Shown here piece by piece: positions 26,207-39,800 of a DNA stretch of 64,000 bases. The notes under the pieces are model-generated. The model was not told the origin of the DNA. It made no database searches and saw only the letters and a list, made by a program, of their open reading frames with translations. Every line of letters starts with the position of its first letter. Position 1 is the first letter of the stretch. The translations under genes and the position numbers were made by a program. Source of the DNA: Harriotta raleighana (Eukaryota); NCBI GenBank assembly GCA_050575255.1, contig JBNZDD010013588.1:248001-312000 (forward strand), written 5' to 3'.

Positions 26207-26303
26207 CTGAGAGCAGCTGCGTGGTAGGTGTCCACGTAATCCGAAATGAACAGCTCCCGACTCTTAATCACCGGGTCCGTTATGACAAGCTCCCGGCCAG
26301 AAT
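26207..26303 (-). CDS. RERE: RERE coding exon, 97 bp (BAH domain): [33 protein letters not shown]
   Basis: Acceptor cttttcccatag|ATTCTGGC; donor CTCAG|gcaagt (GC donor); peptide visible inside ORF 26149..26490; phases fit both neighbours. Confidence 0.97.
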
Positions 26304-27084
26304 CTATGGGAAAAGAAAAGTGATTAATGATATGATTTTTTTTTAAAAAAGAAAACACACACACATATTTGTTCCAATGATTTGGATAAACAAATTGTAA
26401 AATAGTCAAACCCCTGATAAAAATCACCACTCCCCCTCCCCCCACCCCACCCCCTCCTCCAAACGCCCCCCACCAAGAAGGTTTTATCATCTCACCATCC
26501 TAATGACATAGAAAAATGCATTGAAAGTGCAGGCCTGTCCACAAGGAAACGTGAAGCAATAAAGGGTGAGCCTTATCAGAAGCGACCTTGAGGTGGCAGC
26601 GCTGTCTCTCTCAGAGAACAAACACCCGAGATGTATAGCAATTGAAATGCATCTTCCCAGCGGTAATACATCTGAACAGATCTTCCTTCTAAAGCATCCG
26701 TCTTCCACTGAGGCAATTGTTGTGGTTTTCCTCCCTGCCTCTGACATCTCGCATCTTCCTCTCACCCGACTAGACTGGATTTAACAATCGCTTGTAAACG
26801 GCATAAAGCCTTGCTGTATATTACAATTTGCTTGGCCATTCAAAAGCTTGTAACATAAGTAAAGTTAAATCTAATTTTATTGGGTGGGGGGGGGCTTGAT
26901 TCACAGTACATTTTGTGACATATGTTTGGACAAAATCATATTCTGTTTTACACATTGTTAAAAGAAATAACATTTGATTGATTTGGGGGATGGGGGCTGG
27001 GGAGAGAGAGAGAAAAGCGGGAGGGATATGGTGGTTGAAGACGTAGAGCAGCAAATTTCACAGTTGTCATTGTCAGATACATTA

Positions 27085-27396
27085 ATAGTAATAATCGGTG
27101 CATTTGACATAGTGCTTTTCACGTCCTACCGACGTCTCAAAACACTTCACTCAATAGACTGTAATATACATGTGTATTAGTGGGCGAAATGCGGCTGCCC
27201 ATTTGCGGACGGCAGTGTCCCACAAAACAGTCATGGATTGATTGAAAAAGACCGATTTCTAACATTTTGTTTTCGAGGGATTATTATTGCAAGGGTTGGA
27301 GCAAGGAATCTTGCCCAAAGTTTTGCCCTGAGCTAGATTTGAATCCAGACCTCTCGCTTGCAAGGCGAGAGTGCTCTAACCACTGAGCTGCAGGAT
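27085..27396 (-). mobile_element. tRNA-derived SINE inside the 1.2-kb RERE intron
   Basis: Same consensus. Confidence 0.88.
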
Positions 27397-27503
27397 TACA
27401 ATGTACTCCCAATCTCCATTAAGCGTTAAAATACGCCTCATGTACAGTCAGTGCTGCAGTGCACGCCATTCTCAAGTGTTGGGTACAATAAGTAAGTACT
27501 CAC

Positions 27504-27609
27504 CATTCTCATTATGTCGGTCTTGAACCAGATGTTGGTAGACTGAATCAGGCACCTCTGATTGACGGTAGTACCACTTGACATTCATTAGCAAATGGTC
27601 CCGTTTGCT
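27504..27609 (-). CDS. RERE: RERE coding exon, 106 bp (BAH domain): [35 protein letters not shown]
   Basis: Minus strand acceptor tttcag|AGCAAACGG and donor GAGAATG|gtgagt; translation matches the vertebrate RERE BAH sequence as I recall it; phase 0 start, phase 1 end, compatible with the next exon. Confidence 0.97.
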
Positions 27610-27654
27610 CTGAAACATTAAGCATGAGAAAGGCTAATAAGCTACAATTATAAG

Positions 27655-28025
27655 AATAAATAAGAACAACAATCCTGGCATTTTGATGAGGCGCTTTGCG
27701 TGGCGTGGTCTTCTAGACGCCTCAAAGCGCTCCGCGGAATACACTTTCAAGTTTCCTTACTCCACGCGCAAAACGCGTGGGCGAAACTCGGCAGCCAATT
27801 GCGCGCAGCTGTGTCCCCACAAACAGCCGTGGATAAAATGACTCATATATTATAGTTTTCTTTTGGAGGGATTATTATTAGGCATGTGTGTGTGTGTGTA
27901 TGTATGTGTATGTGTGTGTGTGGAGTAAGGAAACCTGCCCACGGTTTCGCCCTGACCTACCTGGATTTGAAACACAGGTCTTACGCCTGTAAGGCGAGTG
28001 CTCTAACCACCGAGCTACAGGACTC
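27655..28025 (-). mobile_element. tRNA-derived SINE ending roughly 50 bp before the acceptor of the 106-bp exon
   Basis: Same consensus, CpG-rich, with internal (CA)n. Confidence 0.88.
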
Positions 28026-30334
28026 ACTTGGTGCAGCAAGCTACAGTTGATGTAATAATTTTCCCAAGTGTTTTCCTGTAGAGCTGGATGTTATTGCCTC
28101 AAATATTCAATTAGATTATAGCCTCTTAGTTAAGATTCAAAATGAGCTCCACGTAACACTGGAAGTTTCCTTATTTGCAATCAGTTTCCTGCGATGTCCT
28201 GCGCAAGATGCAGATGTGCGTTGAAAGATTCACGAAAATGAATCCAATGATTGCTTCGCTTGAAAACATTACAGTGCATAACAGCGCACTGTTTCAAGAC
28301 ACGGACCAAAGACCTTTCTTTTCGACCGCACTTTCAGTCAACTTCCCCCCCCCCCCCCAACAGGCTCTGCCCCGGGATCCGTTATTATGATGCGCTCTGA
28401 GACGCAGTCTGGTGTGGAGTGAGTGAGGGCACTGTATAAATCCAAGTTGTTGTTGTTGTTATAGTGTACAGCGGGCTATCTAAATGTACCATCAATTTTT
28501 TATTTTAAAAAAAACTAGCGAAGGTAAATTGAAACCCTGAAATCCAGACATTTAAAACATCCGAGAAGGCAAATTCTATCCTAAGTGTTGGACTAGAATT
28601 GTTTGTTTTTTTATTTAGAAAAAAAAGCCAAGGTAACTTGCTTGTTAGTATAATAATGTACTGTAAAATGATTTAATAATATTGTGTCATATTAACATAT
28701 CTTCCTGTAATATCAGCAAATGACCAGTCAGTGGCAGGAATGAGCCAGACAAATGCCTGTCCTCGTAACCACACATTGTGCTAAATTTCACTGAGTGAGA
28801 TTCAGAACCCACGATAGACAGTTAATTTCTCCCACATCTTTCTAATTACAGTATAACGCTGCGATAGTGCGTTAGATCAAACGGGAGAATTATGATTATG
28901 AATCAACCTATAAAATCTTTGTGAGAATCACTCTGCAATAGATGTGCAGAGAGAATTTACGTGTGTGTGGGGGGAGGGAGATAGAATTCAGAGATGAATT
29001 CAAAGCACTCAACTCTTTTGCCTTTTTTTTTCAAATATAAAAATAAAATTTGCAACCTGTCCGGCTTTATGAAACACACAAAGTCAAAGACGATCATGTA
29101 ATTTTGTGTGTTGAATATTTTACGGACAACGTGTAACTGGAAACCTGTGCCTTTTGGATTAACCAAATAAAGCAGCCGGCTTCGGTAAACACCGGGGTTA
29201 ATTAAACAGGAAGAAATCAACACCAACGAAAGGTCTGTTAATGATTCAATGGTGATTCAAGCATTTTGAGCTCAGGGAAGGATCTGCCCAATGGGCCCTG
29301 AGGTGATGGGGCCTCATGAGGTGAGTTCATTCCATGGTGGAGGTTAGAGTGACCGAACGGCCCTTTCTCATTACAAGCTATGTTCTTAAGAAGTCCTATT
29401 TCACTGCTGTGTTTAGAGTTGCTGTGCAGCACAGAATCTTATATGCGGGGAGGAGGGCAGGGTTGTGCAGTGGTTAAAAACAAATGCCAGCCATCACACA
29501 CACATTCCACAGAGTAACCCTGTTTAAATGACATCCCATGACCCATATACATGGGCCACTGAACTCAGCGCAAACAATTCTCTCTCTCTTTTAAAAGAAA
29601 CTCAACCCGTTTGCCCAGTAATTAGACACAATATAAATACAATACGAAGTGTATTATCGACTGGTTTGAGTACAACAACAACTGACATTTGTATTCTGTT
29701 TCCCAGAGCGCTGAAAATATTAACTAAAACGTTTTAGGTGCAGTAACGGTAAAGTAACCTAAGAAAGTAGTTTTTTTTTTAGTCTTCCCTCCCCCCCCCG
29801 CATAGCTCATTCCAGTCAGGAGAAACTTGCAACCTGTTCCTGGCCTCTACAGGTCTGCCCTGCGATCTAGAAAACGTGAGAGATAAATAGAATGTGGGTG
29901 ACTCGCCCTTTGATTTTTTTTACTCTCCGTCTCTGCCCCCACCCCAGCGAGGAATCTCTTATACAAGGTCGTGAAGATCAGGAAAACTTTCCCTTGAGGA
30001 AACGTGGTGTGTGGTGGGGGATGGGGAGAGGAACAAGAGTTTGCAAATCAAGGACTTGAAAAGTGTAAAAGGGATTCCCCACATTTGCATTCGATCTAGC
30101 ATCTTATCACGTCAAAGCCGCTGTAAAGTGTACACTCACTGAATGCTCAGCAGCGCCTTGGGATGGCCTCCCGATGTGAAAGGCGCTTTACAAATGTAAC
30201 TTTATATTGTATTGAATATACTGTTAAAAGTGAATTTAGTGAATATTTTGAACATAAAGTCACCACATTATTACTATTTTTCTTAACTGCAATACGGACC
30301 TAATTCACACACAATTGCCCCAACATTGTGTTTT

Positions 30335-30482
30335 TGTCGGTTGGCAGCTCAGTTAAGATGTGAAACCACAATCCTGTCCAGCCCGTTTATGTGGGCGTTA
30401 AAGATCCCATAGTACGATTTAAGAATGAGAAGGGAGTTTCCCCACCACGGGTGTCCTTGCCAACAATCCTCCACATTAATCG
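30335..30482 (+). mobile_element. Deu-domain SINE relic
   Basis: gtgggcgttaaagatcccatagtacgatttaagaatgagaagggagtttccc...ggtgtccttgccaacaat matches the Deu core. Confidence 0.7.
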
Positions 30483-32986
30483 GTCCTGAGTCTCACAAAC
30501 TGTGTAATGATAAGTTAATCCTTGTGATTAATAACAGTGGAAAATAGTCAAGTGATGGGTGCACTGCACTGGAGTAATAATAATATAATAATAATCCTTG
30601 CATTTGATATAGAGCTTTTCACGTCTTCTAGACGTCTCAGAGTGCTTCACAGAACATACTGTAAAGTGAATTCACTGTATATTTGTGGGCAAAACGTAGC
30701 AGCCAATTGCACACAGCAGCGTCCCCCACAAATAGTCTTGGATTGAAATGAACAATTATTTTGGGGGATTTTTTTTTGAGTCATTATTATTAAGCTTTGA
30801 ATACAAACCTTTGGTAGTAAACGTGACGCAGTGACTTCAGCAAAATATCACACAAATTGTCTTTATTCAATGGGCTTTTCATGCTGAAAAGCAGGGAGAA
30901 ATTAAGTTCTCCAGTTCAGGGGTTGAAAGCTAATCTTGTAATTGTACTTCAGATTTATCCCGACAGCTGCAACGGCGGAAACACGATCATTCACGGCTGA
31001 ATGACCTCAGAATTTATTAATTATTTCATGAGCACTAATTAAAATAACGGGGTCCCGAAAGAAAGATTGGAAGAAAAAAAAATTAGAATTTCTGATTTGT
31101 AAATTCTGGATTTCAGATTTAAAGCGAAATTAAAAGATAATAACAATTTCATTTATAGGTCAACTGATCGATTGATTGTGCTTCCGGGCCTGACCTAACC
31201 TGTAGCAAAGCCAACTGTGAGCTTTGCTCCTAGAAAAGGCATCCAACTGCAGTGCGCACCGTATAATTGCATAAAGATAGACGCCATGCAATTATACGGA
31301 GTATGCAATTATCGAAAGTTAGTTGCACAGTCTTCCTGCCACTCTCTCAGCTGGCTCTCCGCCAAACATATGCCTCAGTCAACCCCTTGATTAATCTCAA
31401 CCCCCTACAACTAAATACTGTATTTGGGTATGAATGAACTGGATATGCTATCTTTCCCACAATTACCTGACATTCATTTAGGCGGAGTGCAATTCCATAC
31501 AAACAGATATCGAATTGTTGTGCACTTAAACGGGAGTACGAAAGTGTCTCAAATCATTAAGTGGAATGCGCTGTGTTTGTCTTTGACGAATGGAAATGAA
31601 ATACAATCACATTTGGACACACAGTCATCCCTTCAATTAAAAAAAATCTTCCAGCTTCAAATCAAACTCAATTTTCTTATTTTTTTAAAACACAATTCAT
31701 GTGGTCATTCATTTAGTGCCCATATTCACAAGATAAAATATTGTGGTATTCAAACGCAGCTTTAATATGCAATACAAAAACATGCTTTTAGCAGTCGGTC
31801 TTTCAAGGTGAATGCTCATTTCTATGAAGTTTCTAACCTACACTCGATCCTAACTAACTGAGTAGAATTTACAGCTCCTTTGGATCCGACAAATTCAAAG
31901 CAGCATTGAGCAACTGCCTGGGCTGTCTGCGGTGCAGAAAATTACAGTGAATGACGGCATGAAAAGCTATTGTACTAGCCTTCACTGTTGCATGAGACTG
32001 TGGAAGCTCAAGAGCATGTAATCTGGTAACCAGAGTTTAATTTTGTTCTAATGCTATTAAAGAGGTGGTCACGCGACCAGTTGCTCATCATTAGACAAAC
32101 GTCCTCTGAACCTTTTAGGGATTATTTCCGCAAAGAGACCAAATCATTTCGAATCTGCATTCATTACTGCTGTGTCCCCACCAAAAGCAAAATGGAAGAG
32201 AGTGAGAGAGAGAGAGAGGGGGGGGGTGGGGGGTTGAGGGAAGGGTGGAGGGAAGGGGAATTGCAAATATTCACTGAGTTATTTGACTCGATATTCGCAC
32301 TAGAAACTAGGCAGCAAAAAAAAATACTGGATGCAGCTGTAGCTAAGACAGATCATCAAACCATTCTTGCCCTTGACAGAGACAGATTAATAAAAACCTT
32401 TGCACGGAGGTGAGAGAGAAATCACAGCGAGAGAAGAACCGTCACGACATGGTAGAAAATTGCTTTGGTTTTAGCTTCTCGCTTCCAACGTCCGCTCACC
32501 CTTTTCGATAAGAATCTATTACCCCCTGTAAAGCTGACGCCGTGATTATCAAAATAATTCAGGTTTGAAAACTGAAAATCTCAGGATACATTGGGCCTCG
32601 TAGCAAACAAACGGTCACCTTGGGAGGGGTAATGTGCATTTTTATCAGTTGTGATACAAATACGTAAATAATAAGAGGAATCATCCTCGCATTTGATACA
32701 ACCAACGCCTTATCAGATCTTCGAGATGTCTCAAAGCGCTTCGCAAGATATGGAGTGAATTGACTGTATATTTTGCGGGCGAAGCGTGGCAGGCAGTTTT
32801 GCAAGAAACGCTGCACAACGTCCTTTCAGACATCTAGACAGTCACCAAATGTGAGGATCGTTTAAATTTAGGCCAATGAAAATTACGACTTGCGAGAGCT
32901 CTACTCCCAATCAGAGACGATGCCAAGTTTCAGCCTGACGTACATGAGGTTTCCTGCAGGAGACAAGACACACTTTATTTACTCCT

Positions 32987-33318
32987 GGGAACCCTGTAGC
33001 TCAGTAGTTAGAGCGCTCGCCTTACAAGAGTGAGACCTATGTTTCAAATCCAGGTAGGTCAGGGCGAAACCTTGGGCAAATTTCCTTACTCTATACACAC
33101 ACACACATGCCTGATAATAATCCCTCCAAAAAAACCACAATAATAAAGTTGGTCATTTCAACCCACACATGTGTGTGGGGACACTGCTGTGCGCAATTGG
33201 CTGCTGCGTTTCGTCTACAAATATACAGTCAATTAGTGAATTGAATATACAGTATATTCTGTGAAGCGCTTCTAGAAAACATGTAAAGTGCTATATCAAA
33301 AGCAAGGATTATTATTAT
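32987..33318 (+). mobile_element. tRNA-derived SINE, full length
   Basis: Same consensus. Confidence 0.92.
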
Positions 33319-34890
33319 TTTATGATTACTAATATTACCCCAGTGCCATGCACCTATCATTTGACTACCTTCCCCCAGTGATGAGTAATCCCTTTAGCAC
33401 AGAAAAAAAAATTGTTGGGTGAAAAGACCTGAAAAACATCACCCTATGACTGACTCTCTAAATTATCTAATTCTAATCTACTTTATGAACACAACCGTAT
33501 AGGTAACGGATCACAGACTTCCAACATCCATTACCAATGCCTCAACATCAATCTATTGCTCTTTTTTTTTCACTCCCCTGCCTTAAATTTTGCTGTTTTG
33601 GTTTAAAAATCGGAAAATGACATCTATTAAAACATTTTTTTGCCTTTGTTTTAAAAAACGAACAATCCTATAACAGTAACAATCCTTTCCGAGTTCATAG
33701 TGATGTTGAGGTTAGAAATCCCCTCAATGTATTTTTTTCACCCCCCCCTCCCCCTCTCTGGTGGTTGTCAAACGCTGCATCACAGTTTATTTGCGTTTGT
33801 GTTTCTATCTAACGACGCAGGGGGAAAAACAAATGATGTGCGGGTGGCGACGAGTTTCCAGCCACTGTCACAACAAGAGCGTTTACCAACCAATATGCAT
33901 AATCACAGCTGCTTTTCATCAAGCCTTAATGTGACAAATCTCCTCCAACAGCTACTCCCAGACAATGATCTTTTTAGATCAGTGCGTAACAAAATGGTGT
34001 TACTGGTCACAGCTGCTGCCCTGTCCTTTGTTTGGACCTCTCGAGTCACAGCTATCGCCTTGTCGTCTTTATATAGGAAATCTCAACCAACTATGAAGGC
34101 AAATGGACCATCTGTCAACTCGGTTATTGCTAAACTCACGACACAATAATACCGGTCTCTGGTAGACAAATTTTTTTAAAAAACACCCACATCATCGCAC
34201 AGACCCATCAGTTGCTCAGGAAATATTTGTTTCCTACGCGTAAATGCTACCTGCAACCCATCTTGTTTGATTCAGAAATGATTCCCCCCCGTAGGGAGAC
34301 GAAAGATGCAAACATCCCTTTCTCTGGCTCGCGCGAGCTCGGAGTATAACGTAATGAAAGCAAGCCCTTCAGACCACCTGTTGTGTGCGGCTCGCCAAAA
34401 TATTATTTTTTGTCCCCAAAAAATTCTTTAATCAACGTGGGAGTATTATGGCAACTCTTTATTTTGTGCTACTGCCATTTGTACAGGGCGGTATAAATAT
34501 TTCTCCCACAAACATACAGTTAATTAATTCACTTTACAGTCTGTACCCTGACCTGCCGGGAACCAAACCTAGGTCCCTCGCTTGCAAGGCAAGTGCTTTA
34601 ACCACTGAGCTGCAGGACTTCCAAAATGTTATCTTGCACTCTTAAAACAAGTTTTCTTTACACTGTCACAGTTTTTAGTGGTTGAGGCCAGCTAAAAGAA
34701 ACAGCTTGACACTAGGGTGGGTATTATGGAACGATGAGATCCAATTGTTCATATCAACCTCGGTTAAACAAATTATGATGATAATAATTATTATTATTGC
34801 ATTTGTTGTTGCAGCCCATCATCGTTGAAAGGTACCAAAGGTGTTCACATGATTTACTGTAAAGTGCAGTGACTGTAGCGAAAAGTATTT

Positions 34891-34950
34891 CATAGATTCA
34901 TAGAAGTTTACGGCACAAAAGGAGGCCATTCGGCCCATCTAGTCTTGTGC
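34891..34950 (-). mobile_element. CR1 3' terminus
   Basis: Reverse complement gatgggccgaatggcctccttttgtgccgtaaacttctatgaatctatg. Confidence 0.75.
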
Positions 34951-34983
34951 ACATTAATACCCCACCAACATCCAGCAAATTGG

Positions 34984-35263
34984 TAGTCCTGTGGCTTAGA
35001 GCACTTGCCTTACAAGCGTGAGACCTGTGATCGAATCAGGGCAGATCAGGGCGAAACCTTGGGCAAGTTTCCTTACTCCACACACTCGCCTAATAATAAT
35101 CCTTCAAAAAAACGAATAACCTTCATCGTTATTATCGATCGTATGTGGGACACTGCTGTGCGCCATTGGCTGCAGCGTTTCGCCCACAAATACGCAGTCA
35201 ATTCACTTTACAATAGATTCTGAGACGTTTAGAAGTCGTGAAATGCAAAGGATTATTATTATT
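34984..35263 (+). mobile_element. tRNA-derived SINE
   Basis: Same consensus with small deletions. Confidence 0.87.
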
Positions 35264-38200
35264 ACTGTTAGTTGGAGGATAGTTGGCACCAGGAGACACA
35301 GTGTGTGTGTGCTGGATGTTGTAGCATAGAGAGAAATAAATAGCTTCATTAATCTTTTGAGAATTTGGGTATATTTTCAAATAACCCAATTCATCATTGT
35401 TTTATTGAATAAAAGGTTCAAGTATTGTAAGAAAGCACCATTCTTAAAGATAGTTCTCATCATCAAATTAATGCACTAGCACATTTCATATCTCTACAAC
35501 GTGACTGACCTACTGACTAAGGCATTTTCTAAAACGTTCCTGGATTGCAAGCAAAACACAATTCAATAAAACAAACCGATCATGTCTTTCTTCCCCCCCC
35601 CAACAAAAAGCACACTGCTGAGGAAACAAAGATTCCTCACACACTTCCAGCCGTAAATTCTTTGAAAGCTTAAAGACATCTGATTTCAAAGTACGGTCAC
35701 ATAAATATTTTACTCACGAATGCCAGAATGGGTCATTATTTTTCTGAGAATAACCGAATAGAGGAAGGCTCTGGAAACAGAGCTCTCCTTTGCAACATTC
35801 TTTGAAATGTCCCGGAAAATTGATGGTCCGTTTTGGGATTTTGAAACTGTCGCTGGATTCTTTCGAATGGTGAAGCTCAATCTTAAAATAAAATGATACA
35901 GCTATATATATATAAATACACACACACATACACAAGGAGCAAAGATATACCNGAATGGTGAAGCTCAATCTTAAAATAAAATGATACAGCTATATATATA
36001 TAAATACACACACACATACACAAGGAGCAAAGATATACCGGGATTGTGTGCAATGTTATCAGGTACAATGGTTTATCTGGACTGCTTACCCGAGTATAAT
36101 ATTGTGTCATTTGTTACCCTTGCAACACAGCACCACAAAGAAATTAAACCCATAAAATCTTCAAACGTTGAAATAAAAAATGTGCCCCACCTGACTAGCT
36201 CCAGGTGAATTTGCGGAGGGTTTTTTGTTTGTTTGTTTACGTTCTTCCAAAAAAAAAAAAAATCACACCCAGGGACATTTTTCGGAACCTCTTCTGTCAC
36301 GTCCGTACGTGCGACGCGGCACATTTAATCATCAAAATGTTGTCTCAAACGTAGTGAGAAAAAGACAGCGTATTGTTCGGGGATGCATTATTTAGCTCCA
36401 TGCATTTTTAATGGGCTCAAAATTGGCCTACCCCTGGCCAACAAAAGTAAAACACTGCAACATTAATGTGCGTCTCCCGAATTATTACACGACTGAAACT
36501 GCCAGGTATTCCATTTCTGAAATGGGTCATAAACGCACAAGATCAATACTCAACGGTAAATGGGATTTTCATCGCAGGGAGCGTAACTCCTGTTTATGAG
36601 AGAGGCATTGTATTGAGTAAACGTGTCAGCAGCAATCTCCACTGGCGTTACAAAATGCTGCGCTCTAAAGGTTATTTGTACGTCAGGCTGCGCGAGCCTC
36701 GGATTTTCCATTCCTACAGCCATCGAGTCGCATAGAAACCTATGTGTGTTAAACAGGTTAAGTCTTATCTGAGGACTGTACCATCGACAAGACATTTGCA
36801 AAGAGAAACATGCCTTGATGGCTTATCTCCACTGCACAAACCTGGCCACTGAATATACGCAGCTTGATTGAACGAGGTAATGGAAGCCAGGAAATGAGAA
36901 GGCTTGGTTTAAGCTGCAGATAATCGATCACCGCATTCAGTGAAGTCTTGAGTTGAGCTGCGCTAAGCTGCCCGGGGTTTCAAATACGGTGGCAATAAAC
37001 AGCCCAAATCCCAACGCGCAGTTATCTTTTGGTAGCGAGTGTCTTCTTGTCAGGATCACAAAGATCCTCTTAGGCTGTTCGGCAATATTCCAAACTTCTG
37101 CATTAATCAAACATCCCCCAACGTCGGTATTATTATTCTGCGCGCCCCCAAAGTCAACGCAACAGTGACAATTCAGGAAGGATGAATCTATTAATTTTAT
37201 GCCTCTGATCTTGTATGCAAATCATACGCTCGGCGGCAAACATTAGGGAAAAGTTTGTCATAAAATATTGCCAAACGATCCTTTTTATAGAGACCAAAGG
37301 GGGTGGGGGTGGGGGGGTGGGAGGGGGTTGATCCACTGAATCGAAAAAACAGTTTGAAATCACATATGGTTAAAATAAAATCAAAAGGGGTTCTTCAATG
37401 CTGGTCAAAGGTCACTGCTTGCTCTCAGCTCCCTTTCCCTCATTTAATCACTGTGTGGTGTCTTTCTGCTCTATTTCACATTCATTTCCTTTGAATTCCA
37501 TTAACATCTGTCTTTGCACAGTGCCTAGTTTTGCAAAATGTCAAAGATGAGCTATTATGGCATGCATCTCTTACTAAATCAGTATGTGTAATACATAATG
37601 ACACAGATGTGAACAGGTTTGCTCAGTTTTCGCTCTGTTATCAAAGCAGTGTTTCGGTGATTTTCAATGTGATAATGTATTAGCATTTTTTACAGCTACA
37701 ATAAACAGTGTGCATTTTAAATTACATGAGGCTCAGTGTCAAACACAATCAGCAAACACGTTACCTCAACAACTCATGGTATTACAAATACATTAAAGTA
37801 ATGATTAAATATGCATGGGTAATTTAATTCGTCAAATGGGTATGCGGAGTGGCAGTGTTGAGAACAGCAACGTAAAGCTTAACTAAAAGCCCTGTTCGAA
37901 AAGGCCTCCCCTTTTATGCGTAACCACAGACCACCTTTTAACACCGGAACTGTTACTAATATTTACCAGCGTTGGTAATTCTCTAAATCAGGTTATGTGG
38001 TGAAAATTGCGTTCCAGATTTAACGGTAAACTGTATGTACCTTGGAACACGGTGGGAGGTGGGACACACACACACACACACACACACAACAGCAAAATCA
38101 GCGAAGGAATTAAATTATAATAATAATTTGGTCACTCAAACCACGCCTATATATGTGAGGCAACTGGCTGCCTCGTTCTGCCCACAAAATCTGGTCATTC

Positions 38201-39482
38201 CACCTTACGGTCTATTCTGTGAAGCGCTTTGAGATGTCTCGACAAATTCATAAGGCGCTATATCGAATGCAAGGGTTATTGTTGTTAAGCTGCAAAGCAA
38301 ATGCTTTTGCCTTTGTGCCATCACGAGGACAGCCTAAAGTCAATAGGCAGCTCTCAAGCAATGTCCTACACTCCTCACATCTGTCTCGTTATGTGTAACT
38401 GGCACTATTTTCCTGATTACAGGACTTTTATCCCTCTACATCACAACATGTAACTTGTAAGCCAGTGTTATAACGCGATTCCTTTGTATTATTGTACGGG
38501 GGGGGGGGGGAAGACACAAAATATAATTGTTTCACTATTTATTGGTGGAGGAAAATCACTCTCAAATCGTTCTGTTGACACAGCAGGGCATCAAAATAAA
38601 GTTCGACTGACCTTTATGTTCAATTGTGTTACATTACAATTACAACGCGGGAGATGCAATTTCATTGAGTGATGAATTTGCAAAAGATAATACATGACTC
38701 AACTTAGGCTATCTTTAAACACACATGCGCATACACATATGCATTATAGATATATATATATAATCTATATATGAATATAAACACACAGTTCCTGAATTAT
38801 TTATCCACCCAACATTTTGAGGTCAGCACCAAACCGTGCGGATGTTGAGCCTGTTAAATCATCGACTTAGAAACCACCAAAGTAAAGTATACATTACGGA
38901 GAAAAATAATCACTTTACAATAACTCAGGAAAGGTAATTCGATGCATTTATCAGGCTTCAAATGCTGAATCCACACTTTCTGGGCATAAAATCAAGAAGC
39001 CAGAGAACCAACAAATGAAAACAAACATTTCTGCAATCGAATTTCCTGCTAATATCAAATAGCCTTAGTTTGATCACTCTCTTTCTCCCCCACCAACCCC
39101 ACATCTCCTCCACGCCCATCACTCGAAATTTCTCCAGACTCTGCAAGCCACAGTCTTGCCCCCAGGTTGTTATTAAGTCCACATCACAGTTTGCTACTAA
39201 AAGATGTCTTAAGATAGCTAAATGATTTCCTTTGCCTCTGGGCGGAACGTAACTTGGGCCCAGTGATGGATACCCTGTGCGAGTAGCACGGTTTACAGCA
39301 GTCACCCTCATGTGAATAACTGCAGGTGTGAATCGGAATCATATAATTCAATGATCCAAGCTGCAACACATTGGGAGTTTAACGCACTGTGCGATTGTGT
39401 CATTCTGTCGCACCTTTGCCCACGATAGCCTGAGATTCCTGCTCTAATCAGGTTCTATCTGCCTTGTAACAATTCTGGTTAG

Positions 39483-39800
39483 TATTAATATTCTTTGTAT
39501 TTGATATAGCGCATTTCGCGTCTTCTGGACGCCTCAAAGAGCTTCAGAGAATATACTGTAAAATGAATTAACTGTACATTTGTGGGCGAAACTCGGCAGG
39601 CAATTGCGCACAGCAGTTTCCCCACAAATAGGCATGGATTAAAATGACCAATTTATTATAGTTTTCTTTTGGAGGGATTATTATTAGGCGTGAGTGTGGA
39701 GTAAGGAATCTTGCCCAAGGTTTCGCCCTGACCTGCCTATATTCGAAACACATGTCTCACGCTTGTAAGGCGAGTGCTCTAACCGCTGAGCTACAGGACC
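39483..39800 (-). mobile_element. tRNA-derived SINE, full length
   Basis: Same consensus. Confidence 0.92.
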
